Source: Plasmodiophora brassicae
Lineage: Eukaryota
Direction: 5' to 3'
Assembly (NCBI GenBank): GCA_036867785.1
Contig: CP145412.1
Coordinates: forward strand, 1,116,001 to 1,180,000
DNA: 64,000 nucleotides
Of the stretch, positions 1 to 12,385 are shown piece by piece. How positions within the stretch are numbered: the stretch's first letter is position 1; each line of letters begins with the position of its first letter. Below the pieces are notes generated by a model. It was not told the origin of the DNA. It saw nothing but the letters and a program-made list of their open reading frames with translations, and ran no database searches. The translations under genes were made by a program, and so were the position numbers.

Positions 1-3000
1 TCAGCATGCTGGCGGCCGCAGCGTTGTCCGTGTGGGGTGCAAAGACATCGACGTTGCCCCATCATTTTACCTGGTGATGGCTACTCGCGATCCGGCTGCA
101 CGGTTTACTCCAGGTACCTTATCGACCGGTTCCCTTTATCGTTGCTCCCATTCATTTATCGTTAGATTTGTGCTCTCGCGTTACGTTTGTTAATTACAGC
201 GTCTCCAAGGCAAGCATATCTTTGCAGTTGGGCAGCGACATCTTGCTGGCTCGAGAACCGGAAATATTTAGTCGGCGGCAAACGCTTGAACGAAAACAAG
301 TTGAAGGAAATGCCCGAATGCAATCGCTGGAACGAACCCTGCTAGCTAGGATCGCTGCGTCTTCACCGCAGCTAACCGAAGGAAACAGCATATTGGATGA
401 TGCCGATCTCGTTGCTGCAATCGAGAACATTCAAAGTGAAGCGAACGAGTGCAGCGCTGTTCTACATGAGACGAATGCGCTTCTGAAAGAGTCGGACGAC
501 GTTGCTTCCGCCGTTGTTCCTACTGCAAGTCTAGTTGCCGAGATTCACGCCTTGCTTCAGCGAATGCCACGGTACTACCTGCGTCTAGCTTAGCTGTAGC
601 CGCTGATTGCAGGTTGTACAGTTTGTTGAATCTGTACCAGTTTACTCTGTCGCAGCTCTCTTCAATCGTTGATCATGTTCTGTCATTGGCGATCTCGAAG
701 AAGTGTCCAGTCTCACAGCTGAGTTCATATGTTGCCAGATTTGTGTATGTTGCACTGTCAGCGTCACTCCGCAGGGTATGGATATGTTAACTGATGCGTT
801 GCGACATGCCGATTTGGCTAAATGACCGTCTTAGAGTGACCGGTATGCTTTTGCCTTTGCATTGGCGCTGACGCTTCGAACTGATCATGCTCGGTTGTTC
901 CATGAAGTCCAGGTACCTTTTATCATGTTCCTCGTTTCCAGATGACAGTAACCATGGCCGTTTTTACAGTCATTACTCGAGGGTGCTTCGACCGACTCGG
1001 GCGCCCTGCTTCGCGTGCCTCACTTCAGGTCCTTGTCTCAACCCAACCAGGGTGTCGATACCATCCCGCAACCGAATGATTCATTTGACCGCCTTATTCT
1101 CGATGCCTTCGATAATCGTGATAATCTCATGTTGTCTCTGCACGCCTACTGTGAAGACGTTCTTGGTTGGTTGTTCATCCGACTAGATCCCATCTTGCAT
1201 CTGACGTGCCACCTGCTCAGGTGCCGGGGTGATCTCTGAAGCTCCGTTTCTCCTGCAGGGACCTACAATGATTCTCTCAACACCTGGGCACGATATTCGT
1301 TCGATGGTCTTGCAGTATGCCAGCTCTGTTCAGACTGTCACTATTGGCTCGAAGGCTTCTTACGATGAAGCCTTGCACGCTGTGCGACACCTTCCGCAAA
1401 GCGATGGCCATTCGCTTCTCCTTCTTAACATCCATCTGGGGACCCCATCTTTCATGTGCCAGCTTGAGACCGCGCTTCACGACCTCGCGCAAACGCAGCG
1501 AAATATCTTCCTCTGCGCCGAACTGGGCGCTTCTGAATCACTTCCCGTCAGCAGACCTCAGGTCCAGTCCATGTTTACTGTGCTTACAGATCCATTATAG
1601 GATACTCTCGTCCGTTCGTGCAACCTGCTTGTTGCTGAGGCAGAACCTGGCGTGATTCCCGCTGTTCGCGCTGCCTGGAAATCAATTATCAAGCAGCGTT
1701 ACGAGCGAATGTCACGCTCGCGCAGTCTTCCACGCCTGTACTTCCTTTGCGCATGGCTGCATGCTTTGGTAGCGCCTTTTCATTGGTTCACGCGTCATCA
1801 GCTAACAGTACTGCCCTACAGATTGTCGAGCGCCTAGCTTACGTCCCTGTCGGATGGATTCAGTCGTATAGTTTCAGCTTTGTCGATCTGAATTGCGGTA
1901 AGGATTTCGGTCGTCGAGCCGTTCCCGAGGAACGCCCGATGACGTTGTTGTGCCGTCGTGTAGGACTTGATGTCATCGACCAGTGCACAGAAAGGGAAGT
2001 TGTGGACTTTGTCGCGATTCGCAGCCTATTATGCGATTTTGCATATGGTTACTGCTGCTATTGGATCGCGCGCACACTACACTCTTATGGAATCTTTAGG
2101 CGCTCGAATAGTTGAACCTCAAGACGTACTTCGCCTGAAGGCTATGATTTCAGCCGTTTTTAACGATGATGTATGTCGTTCACGTTAGTGCATCCGCGAC
2201 GTGAGGTCTTGACTAGTTGGGTCTGGAAGGCATTCGAAAGTTCTTTCCGACTGTGCGGGGCCGAACCAGGGGACAGGCTCGCTGACTGCTGGTCAGTTGA
2301 TAATTTCTCACAATGGCTTGCACTTCAACCAGACCGGCTGCCTCCAACGACTTGCGGATTATCGTCGGGAATCGATCGTGCTCGCTCCACTCAGCTCGCT
2401 TTCCGCTCTATCAATTCGACGCGTCAGCTGCTAGACAGTGCCCATGTATGTCAATGTTCGCATCCATGAATTCGTTCTGTGTGTAACTGCACCGTTATCA
2501 GTTGGTCGACAAGGTTGAAAGCTGGAAGCTCCGACTCTCGGAGGAGATATCGGTGTATTCCAGCCGGCTGACCGAAGTTGTCGCTGATCTTGCAGTCGAC
2601 TTGATCGAAGGTACCATCATTCTCCCTAATCAGTACTTTGTCTTATGTTTGCGAATTGTAGGAACTCCAGGTCCCATGCAAGCGTTCTTGACGAGAGAGC
2701 GCAAAGAGCTTCGTGAAATCGTATCCGATATTTTACACGACCTTGCTGCTGTTGACGCGGCATTGACTGCTGTGAATTCGTCCCCCTTAACGCATGACGT
2801 GAATGAGCTGGTAAGTCCGCTTGGGCTATCGTTTATCAAGTGCGTCTTAACGCGTACGACAGATCGCGTATCTACGATCCGGTTTCGTCCCTGCTGGATG
2901 GCCATCGTTATCAGACAACGCACCAGTGTCCCCAAATTCTTTGCGTTTGTATGTCGACGCATTGCTTACTCTCGCTCGGGAACACCTGACGCTACCCGCA

Positions 3001-3609
3001 ACGTGGCCCATCGCTGGCCATATTCCAATCGGTAAGTGCTCTACCCAGGTAAAATGCTCATCGGTTGCTGATCATTCGTTAGCCACGGGAGTTAGGGACG
3101 TAATAGGCTTCATCTCTTGTGCCAAGCAGGAAGTCGGTCTTCGGCAACAGTGGCCGCTCAATGAAATGGTTCTGCACGTTTCTGTCAACGATGCTGTAAG
3201 ATGAACCGTTGACTGCGCTCTTCCTCAATTGAATGTTTCTCCCCCAGAGAGATGACACTTCGACCTCATTCACGGTTGCCCAACTTGATCTTCATTACGC
3301 TGCCTTAGCCGACACAGGACTGACGACCGATGGCGATCCTCAAATGGTTGTAATATTGCATGAATTTCATACTATGGTATACTCATGTGTTCCGCGCATG
3401 CTCTGCAGACTGTTATCCCCTCTGCGCGGTTCTTCTGGGACCTGCACACAGAAAACGACGTGGTCGAGATTCCGGTCTACTTCGACGAGTCTCGGCAACT
3501 GCAGCTGTTCACAGTCGGAATGGTCTGCCAGAAAGCCATTGTTAACGACGTACTTCTTCGTGGGGTTGCTCTCACTGTGAAATCCGGACGCGCTAACTCC
3601 CTTCCGTAA
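1..3609 (+). CDS. Dynein heavy chain, cytoplasmic DHC1-like, 3' part (AAA5 to C-terminus); multi-exon, 5' end outside window
   Basis: Motifs ATRDPAARFTP/DLCSRVTFVNYSV, LLLNIHLG, RLYFLCAWLHALV..ERLAYVPVGW..Y.F...DL and C-terminal IPVYFDESR..LF..RGVAL match the cytoplasmic dynein tail. Stop at 3609. Confidence 0.85.
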
Positions 3610-3652
3610 AGTCAACTGGCCTTGTCTCCTTATCAAATACCTGGGTATATTG

Positions 3653-6600
3653 TTATCGGTAGAGAAAAAGCCGCTCAACGTTCTCAGGAAGAAGTTCCAC
3701 AGAGGCATCTAGCACCACGGACGAGTTCTTAGCGGTTAGTGAGACGGCCGGGAAAACAGGTCCCTTCAGTTGCGTGAAGGCGATGCCCTGTGAGACGCCA
3801 TTCTTGAAGAACTCCAACGTCAGATTATCAAAGTCCATCAGGACTCCAATGCGGTCGCCCTTGCCGAACTTCGACCCATAATTCGTGGAGCGACCGGAAT
3901 CGAACCCTTTGCCTCCAGTACCAGCAATGTAGCCCCATGAGCTCTGGGCACCAATCCACAGCTTCTGGTGGCTGAAGTCGAACCCCTTGGGAATAATACC
4001 AACGCAAATCTTCCAGTTATTGCTGCTTGACGGACACTCCTCAATAAACACTTCAAAGTACCGCCGGCCGCTCTGGTACGACAGCAGGCCACCGCACGCT
4101 CGCCACTTGTCTTTGGAGCCCAAATTACGTACTCGTAGACCCTGATTATCGATAGCGAGATCGCTACTCAACTGCAAAACGGTTAGTGGTTGATCGATGC
4201 ACCGCATTAAAAGCACTGACCTTGGTTTCGTCCCAAACGTTGGCAAAGTCCTTGATCACCTTCGCTAGGGCAACCTCTCGTTCCCGAGCCTCCTTTTGGT
4301 AGACGCCCACAAGCTGCTCATCACCTTGCCTAATTGTAACTGCTGAACCCTGGCCTCGACAGTGATCAATGTCCAAAGGGCACAGATGTCGGATCGCGCG
4401 TACAGTTCCAGTCATCGAGACAGCTGCGTGGACAGACCCTTCCACGTTCCTGAAGGCGATACCTTGAGAGATACCGTTCTTGAAAAATTCGACCGTTTTC
4501 GCCTCGAAGCTATTCACCGATTAAACCGCGGAATATCACGCCAGCCGGGAAAAGCGCCATACTCGACAAGGATCCCGATCTTGTCACCTTGGCCAAACTG
4601 GTCCCCATACGGGGAACTCTGTCCTGAGTTGTTGGCCTTCCCGCCGGTTCCCGCAATGTACGCCCATGAATCTTCAACAACCGTGTTAATTCCAGCATAC
4701 AGGTTATACCAGTGTAGTACACCTTGCGCCCCAACCCATGCGCGCTGGCTGTTGCACTGGAACGCAGATGGAACAATGCCGACACAGAATTTCCACGAAT
4801 TCGTGGTCTTCGCGTCGTTGGTAATCGTTATTTCGATGAAAGCCACGCCAGACGAGTAGGAAACGATTGACCTTTGGGGCAGTTAACTTGCGGATAAAGC
4901 AGCGTAACGTGTACATATACCTGCAGGTCCTCCATTTATCGCCAGACCCCTCATTGACAGCTTGCTGGAGGTTATCATCTGGATAGTAAATTGCCTATAC
5001 AGCAGCATCACCTGGGGAGTACACAGATCTGGAGACAATCCTGGACGCACCTGATCCTTGCTGGTTGAGAACTGTGCATCCCAGGCATTGTCTTTACGCT
5101 CAATCAGTTGGCCCTTTAGGGTATTGTACGCGTTGGCAGATGTAATTCGCTCCCAGCGCAGACGCCTGGTATCTTCTACTTCACGGAACCTGTCACCAAT
5201 TTCAGCGACCTGCAGCCTCATCGTCACATGCCAATGGATATACTTTGCCATGATCTTCACCATCGCAGGAGGCATGTCTTCGACAAGGACTACTTCGCAA
5301 TCCTGCATGCAGATCAGATGTACAGTTACCGGCGGGACGCGGTGAAAATACAGAACCCACTGACCTTCGCCGTCAACGATATCGCTGGGTGAACCGGTCC
5401 GTTCAGGTTTTCAAATGCAACACCCTGCGAGACGCCGTTCTTGTAGAACTCGATAGTCGATTTGTCAAAATCGAGAAACAGGCCAACGGTGTCGCCTTCG
5501 ACTGGAGAAAATCGTGTGGGTCTCAGTCCCGAAGCCCGTTCGGTTTGGCTCCCAACCGTATTTATCGCCGTAGTCGACCGATTTGCCCGAATCGAAACAC
5601 TTCCCGCCAGTTCCCGCGATATACGCCCACGACTTCTGGCTGCCGACCCACCGCCTCTCCGCGTTGACCTTGAACCCGATGGGGACGGCTCCGAAGCATA
5701 TGCGCCATGTATTCGTCGTTTCAGGCAGTTTCAGGATCTTGACAGCACAGTAGAACTGGCCACGGGCAGGAATCGGTGCCAGAGTGTGGATAGTGCACCA
5801 TTGGTCAAGGGACCCTGTTGCGAACCATTGCATTAGGTACGAGCAGCATCGACGTGCAGGATATCCGCGATGACCCTTGTTGCGGGCCACGAGGCCATCG
5901 GCGTCCAGAGGGACATCAATGTGCGCAGAATTATTCTCCAGCGTCCAGCATTTGCCTATCTTTGTCAATTCAGCGATTCGGGCGCGCCTTTTCTCTTCCC
6001 TTATCCTCGCCTGGCACGACGGCAGGTTAAGACCTAACAGACGCAGCACAAGGCGAACTCGGCCTACCTCTTCTTCCCGCTTCCTGCGTTCTTCTTCCTC
6101 CAGTAAACGCTGTGCTTCGCGTTTCGCACGGCTGCCTTCGGTTTCTACATGGCCCCACTCAGAAACGGCAGCAAAGTTGCCCCAATGCCAGACCTGTCAC
6201 TTTGAAGACTTCCTGCGGCGTGCTCTTCCCGACGAGTTTGGACACTTCCAGGTCGGGTTCGCCGACGAGCTCGCCGGTCGGCGACCGCAGTTCGAACTCA
6301 TGGATCGTGAACGAATGCCACAAATGGTACCGCTCGTGGATCTGCCCGACCAGGTCCCTGACCAGGGACGCGGGCGGCACGCTGATGGTCAGCACGTCCT
6401 GGACCAGGTCCGTGTCGACGGCGACCTTGACGCGCACCATCGCCCCTGCAACACTATTACGCACACGCCCTGGGTCGCCACGCCACTGTCGCAGGTGGGC
6501 GGCGCGGGGCCTCCGACGCCGTCGTCGTTCCAACTCCCAACGCACAGTGCTACGTAACCCCAGCGACCCCGCGCGCGCGCGTGTGCAGTTATGACACGTC

Positions 6601-6761
6601 CCACGAACTGCAATCTCCGGACCGGCTGGCTGTGGGCCCACAGACGCGTCGCTGTTCCCGACCCGGTCTTCCGCTGCACTGGCGAACGTGTCGTTGTCGC
6701 AGAACGGAACGGGGTATCTGTATTCCTTTAACAGCGATGGCCAGTCGGCGGGATGGGACAC
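3653..6761 (-). CDS. Multi-exon protein with three SPRY/B30.2 domains
   Basis: Three copies of W(A/G)YIAGTGGK..SG.S..YG.KFG.GD.(I/V)G..F.KNG.SQG.AF near 5.4-5.8, 4.4-4.85 and 3.7-4.1 kb. Start position uncertain. Confidence 0.8.
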
Positions 6762-6917
6762 AGATTCCCCTCGGAAGGGGAGATTTCCGCGACTCGGGCG
6801 CGTGGCTTTCGCGCGTAGATTTCACGTGCCGCCGCCAGATCTGGGAAGGGATATCTTGGCGATGCGGGGGTTGCCCAGAAGGTCGTTCATTTCGTTAAGC
6901 GCGTGCTGTGGTCGATC

Positions 6918-8203
6918 ATGAACGTCGTAACGGTGGCGATCGGTGCCGTTCTGGCCGCTCTGGCTGTCACTGCCGACGTGGTTGCGGATTCGTGTCGCAT
7001 CTCGGGTGACCCGCACATCGTTACGGTGAGGGTCGCACAGCGTTAATCGCTCATTTCGTGTCAGTCTGATGCTTTGTTCAGTTTGACGGCATATCATACG
7101 ACCTGCAACAAACGGGGACCTTCCAGGCTGTTAGTGCTAGCTTCCTCGGTGTCTACGTCACGTTCGCCCAGACGACCATGACGTCGACGCAGACGCATCT
7201 GGTCAACACGGCGGTCACGATCATGGGATCCGGGTCCTGCCGTGACCCGAGCAACTGCGACGAGTTCAACGCGTTAACCATCGCGTACGCCTCGGACCTG
7301 ACATCGAACGCGACCGTCCCAACCGTCAGCTTCAACTACACCAGCGCCACCGATGCGACGGAGAACGGCGTCTGGGAGTTCGCCGCCGCCTCCGTCTCTG
7401 TCGATTCCCGAACGGCCAACGCGCTTCGTAGCGTTGGCACCGTCCTCACCCAAGGAGCGTCCGTTAACGATGTCGCTGCGTCCATCGTTAAGCTAGAGGT
7501 GCAGTTCCCGAGCGCGTCGTCGGTCATGATTTCGCTTGGCGCGGGCCTGTTCACGATCAGCACGGTTCGCAGCGGGTCGACGATCGGTCCACTGGCGGGC
7601 ACGAACGGCCTCTGCGGATACTACTCGAAGACGACGGCGGACGAGTTCAGTGACACCACCGGCAAGCTGGTTCTCGGCGGCATCGCAGGGCAGAACTACT
7701 ACAACTCGGACGCCATCAACAACTGGTCCCTGAACTTCCGCGTCAACACCAGCGCAGCGGCCATCCCTAGCGCAGCGGCGAACCAGGCCAACAACGAGGT
7801 TGCCTTTTACGTCAAGACATCGATCAACGCGTCCGTCGAAGAGTGCCGCCAGCTGTGTGCAACGCCAGCCTTGCGGCGGGCACCGTTCGACGACGCGGGC
7901 TTCCGTAACTGCGTCTACGACTACAGTGTCACGAACACGCTGGCCGTCGGTGCGTCGAACCTGTACGCCACCGCTGCCATCTCTGCCGACTCGTCCTACC
8001 TGATCGCGAACGTGCCCGTCGTCGTCGCTCCACAATCCGTTGAGCAGCGCACGCAGAGCGCCAACCGGTTGAACCTGATCGCCACGATCCTCTCCATCAT
8101 TCTGGGCACTGCGCTCGTGCTCGGCCTGCTGGCCAACCAACGGCTCAAGAAGTCCCACGAGCACCAGCTCCTGATTGCTCGGGCCAACGCCGTTGTTACT
8201 TGA
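6918..8203 (+). CDS. Type I membrane protein with signal peptide, GDPH-VWD (von Willebrand factor D) domain and C-terminal TM helix
   Basis: Exon 1 reads MNVVTVAIGAVLAALAVTADVVADSCRISGDPHIVT. A GT-AG intron at 7026-7081 is followed by FDGISYDLQQTGTF, in frame with ORF 7178-8203, which has GLCG, CVYD and a hydrophobic LIATILSIILGTALVLGLL segment. Confidence 0.8.
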
Positions 8204-8437
8204 CCTGACAGGTTTGCAAGGCCAGGCACCTACCCTTTTCGGCTGTCGATCTCGCCTTATGCTCAGTAAAGCGTCTCGGTTTGTTGTTTTCACAAGACGG
8301 GTCCGTTCTGCCGTGAGAGGGCGCTTGGGCCTGGAAGTGGATGCCATTTTTTGTGTGTGCGTGTCCCGTCTTTGGTGTGTCAGCCGTGGGTCTGATTTTG
8401 CGACGGACCGCAATCGACTTGGCAGCGCCTGCGCTCC

Positions 8438-11400
8438 ATGGCGAGCGGGCAACAGCAGCATTGGGGCCAGGGCCAGGGCGCATACGATGGGTACTATGAC
8501 CAGACCGGGGCATCGTACTACGCCGAAGGGCAGCAGCAGGACGGTGCTGCTGAAGGGTACTACGACGAGCACGGCCAGTGGCAGTACTACGAGTACGCGC
8601 AGGCGCAGGCGTACGACCAGTCCGCTGCCTACCCGAATGGTTAGATGGTTCCAGTGCAAATCGACAATGCCCTGATTGGTCCATAGCTGCGTACGCGAAC
8701 CAGGATCATGCCTGGAACGATTCGCGATCCGCTGCGCCATCCGGGACGTCTGCGCCCGCGCCGGCTCAAGGGCGGCCTGGGTTCCCAGCCTCGGGAACAC
8801 CGGTCTTCTCGCAGGAATCTCCTCAGTCCGGGAAGAAGAAATCGTCGATCAATCCACGTCAGATCCCCCGCCATGTTCGGCGCCCGCCAAATGCAGATGG
8901 GTTGGCCACCGGCCCCACCGAACGTATCATATTCAACACGAGCGGCGAACATCCACCATCTCCTCTCGATGAGTTCCAAGTTATCGATGATGGTATGCGA
9001 CTGTGCCTTCGCGATACGAACCGGGTGGTTTTGACAAGCGATTTAGGAAATGCCTCTCCTCGCTATATCCGGCTAACGTGCTATCAAGTGCCTGCATCAA
9101 GCGACATTGTCAGCCTGAGCTGATGGTTCGTCGACCGGTATGATCATCTGACGTCACTCACTGTAGGTTGAAACGACGAGACTATCGATCGGTGCCATCA
9201 TTACTCCGCTTGCGATGCCTGGTCCCGGCGAGGAGCCTGTTCCAGGTAGACCCGCTGCCGAAAGGTTGCGGCCAATGAACGCTAACGGCATTCTAGTTGT
9301 TGATATGGGAGAAGGAGGCCCGATTCGCTGCGGAAGATGCCACGCGTATCTGAACGCATTCTGCACATTCAGCGAGGATGGACAGAGTTTCACGTGCAAC
9401 CTGTGTGAGATGCGGACGCCCGTTCCTCACTGGTATGTCTGTAACGTTGACGGGAATGGTACGTTCTGTTTCTCCTTGCTTGGTGCGTTCTAACAACGGC
9501 AAAGGGATGCGGCGAGATCGCGACCAAAGGGCCGAGCTCCACCTGGGAAGTGTAGAGTATGTCGCTCCGCCGTCCTACATAACGAGGTTCGCTGTCGGAA
9601 TCCAGAACGTAGCATGCCTGGCCTGACATGGGCAGGTAGGCCTATCCAAGAGCCATGTTACATCTTCGTGCTGGACGTCTCGTACCAGGCAATCATGACT
9701 GGGTTGCTTGAAACTACTGTCCGCAGCGTGCGATCGGCAATCGAAGTCATGAAGGCGTACCCTCGCGTGCGCGTCGGTATCATTTCGTACAGCTCGGCAG
9801 TTCATGTTTACAGCATGAAGGTTGAATCGCGTGCGATTGCTACGTATTGTCGATGGTTGCTTACACCGTCCCGTACAGAAATCCGGTCAGGAGCTGTCCA
9901 TGATGGTTATAGCAGGGGTCGAGGACGTATTTGTTCCTATCCCGTTCGACCGGATCCTCGTTCATGTCAACGATGCGGAACAGTTCGCGCTGCTGGATAT
10001 GCTGCTATCAAAACTGTACATTTGTGACGTGCTGAATTTCCCAACAACGTCTTAGTGCGCTATTTTACAGATCTGACCTGCACTCGTCGAACCAGTCGAC
10101 CTGCACCGCGTTTGGTGCGGCCATCCAGGTTGCTGTCGAGGTAGGTCATCTCCACAACGCTGCATATTTGGATTGACTGAATGGTTCGTGCTAGGCATTG
10201 GATGACTGCGGGGGCAAATTGCTTGTTATTCAGTCGAGTTTGCCCCGCACAGGGCTGGGCGCGTTGGACGATCGCGACAACCAGACGATCTACGCGACGG
10301 ACAAAGAGAAGGAACTTTTCTTACCCCAAGACTCCTATTACCAGGTGTTAGCGACGACTTGCGCGGAGCGGTTCATCGCCGTCGACCTGTTCGTGTGTGC
10401 CAACGCTTATGTCGATATCGCGACCGTCGGGGTCTTGTCGAACATGACCGGCGGACAAGTGTTTTACTACCCGGGTATTCGTCGCACGTGCTGCTTGTAA
10501 GTACCTCGCTCTTACTGTTGGATGTAGATTTCCACGCTGCCAAAGATGGCTACTCGTTGGAAAGTGATATCCTGACGACTTTGACTCGCGAGTCCGGCTT
10601 CGAAGGCGTCATGGTTGTTCGAACTTCCGCAGGACTAAAAGTCGCAGACCACTTTGGCAATTTCTTCCGCCGACATACGTCCGAAATCGAACTGCCGGCT
10701 ATTGATTGTAAGCACCGTCTGATACTGGTGTTGGTAAACAATTCTCAGTACTGCTGCAGGCGATAAATCGTTTGCGGTCCGGCTTGAGCATGAGTCAGCG
10801 CTCAGCGACAAATCTTTCGTCGGCATTCAAGCCGCTCTTCTGTATACGACCTTTAACGGCGAAAGACGTATTCGAGTTCACACTGTTCGGGCACCATGCA
10901 CCACATCCCTGCCCACTGTTTTTAGGCACTCCGACCTGTACGCGGTCGTCAATTTGTCTCTTCGACAGGTAGTGCTCACGTTGCTTTTACCATACACGTT
11001 TCTAAACGCAGGCCTTCACAGGCTGCGTTGCAAACCATTGAGCAGGGCGTTTCGTCGACGAGAAGTTCGTTGCGTCAAGCGGTGATTGATGTATTGCATA
11101 CGTACCGCAAGCATTGCGCATCGGCTTCAAGCAGTGGGCAGCTCATTTTACCGGAATCCCTGAAGCTCTTACCGCTGTACACGCTGGGCCTGATGAAGTC
11201 GCCTATCCTGTATGATTGTGTACGCGCTGATGCGCGTGTGTATGCTCTCGGCGCGGCACAAGCCATGCCAATGGGACAAGCGCTTTCGTTCTGCCTTCCC
11301 TCCGTATTCGCCCTGCACTCCTTGGCAAATACCGATATATGTGTCCAGCCTCTGGTTAGCAGCGTATCCAAGTGTGTCGCACGGTACTTATGCCAAACGT

Positions 11401-11968
11401 AGACTGATAACGAGGTCATGCAAATGCCCGAGTTCGAGCTTGCCTCAAGGGAGTTCATTGACGAGTTTGGAATCTACCTGCTGGACAACGGCTGTGTGAT
11501 TTACATCTTTGTCGGCGTTCAAGCGGACCCCAACCAAGGTCGTACAGTGTCGATCCGCTTTGGGACCTGCGATCTGACATCATCATGGCAGTACTGGAAT
11601 TGTTCGGCGTCGAAGACGTCCAGCTGTTCGATCCCAACGAACTTGTCGTCTACCCGAACGATGACCCTCGCAGTCTGGGTGCGTATCGATTGCCTGCTTC
11701 CCTTCGAGCATTGTTCTGATGTGAACGTGTCCCAGCTACCCGGACGTCAAACTTGATCGAGAAACTCAAGGTCGGGCGTCCGGCGTATTGTCCTGTGCGC
11801 ATTGTGCACGACCGCAGTCCATATCTCCCCGATTTCAACGCGTGCCTGATCGAGGGCACGACGAGGCCGCCTGCGGGTTCGAAAATCCTGGAATCGGCTC
11901 CCGAGCTCATGTCCTACGTTGATTTCCTGTGCCATGTGCACCGTCAAATCCAAGATCGGATCATATAA
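8438..11968 (+). CDS. SEC24: COPII coat subunit Sec24 (C/D-like), multi-exon
   Basis: Q/G/Y-rich N-terminus; GNASPRYIRLT; zinc finger IRCGRCHAYLNAF..FTCNLC; YIFVLDVS trunk domain; SSSGQLILPESLKLLPLY; C-terminal SYVDFLCHVHRQI. Confidence 0.93.
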
Positions 11969-12385
11969 ACCAGACAGACCAGCATGCGGCTGACTTTGGA
12001 TTTGGCGAGGAATGCTGCCCAACAGGTTCCGCACTCACGTTCCTATCTCTCGCGAGGTGAGGGGGTGCCCAATCATTCTGCCGCTACGTACATATTGTAG
12101 ATAAGTACACCATCAAGACCATGGTGCGCCGGGCAGAACACGTAGCCGCAGCGACAGGCGGCCGCCGTCAGCAGGGCCAGGGTCACTGGTCCGTCCATCC
12201 GTTGCTCTCATATAGGAATGGGCCACTTGAGGGCAGTTCCGACCCTTTCGTTCGTGTTTGACATTCGAGAATTGCCGACGCAGGACATGTTGGCGGCAGG
12301 CGTCGAGAATACTCCAGATCTCGGAATCATGATCCAAACATGATCCATTGGCCATTACCGAGGCGTCACCTCATAATCCAAAACC

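Noticed and set aside
7493-8800. Long antisense ORFs (435 aa here; also 35133-36437, 26824-27813, 36400-37584)
   Set aside because: Shadow frames of GC-rich genes on the other strand or frame; no motifs.
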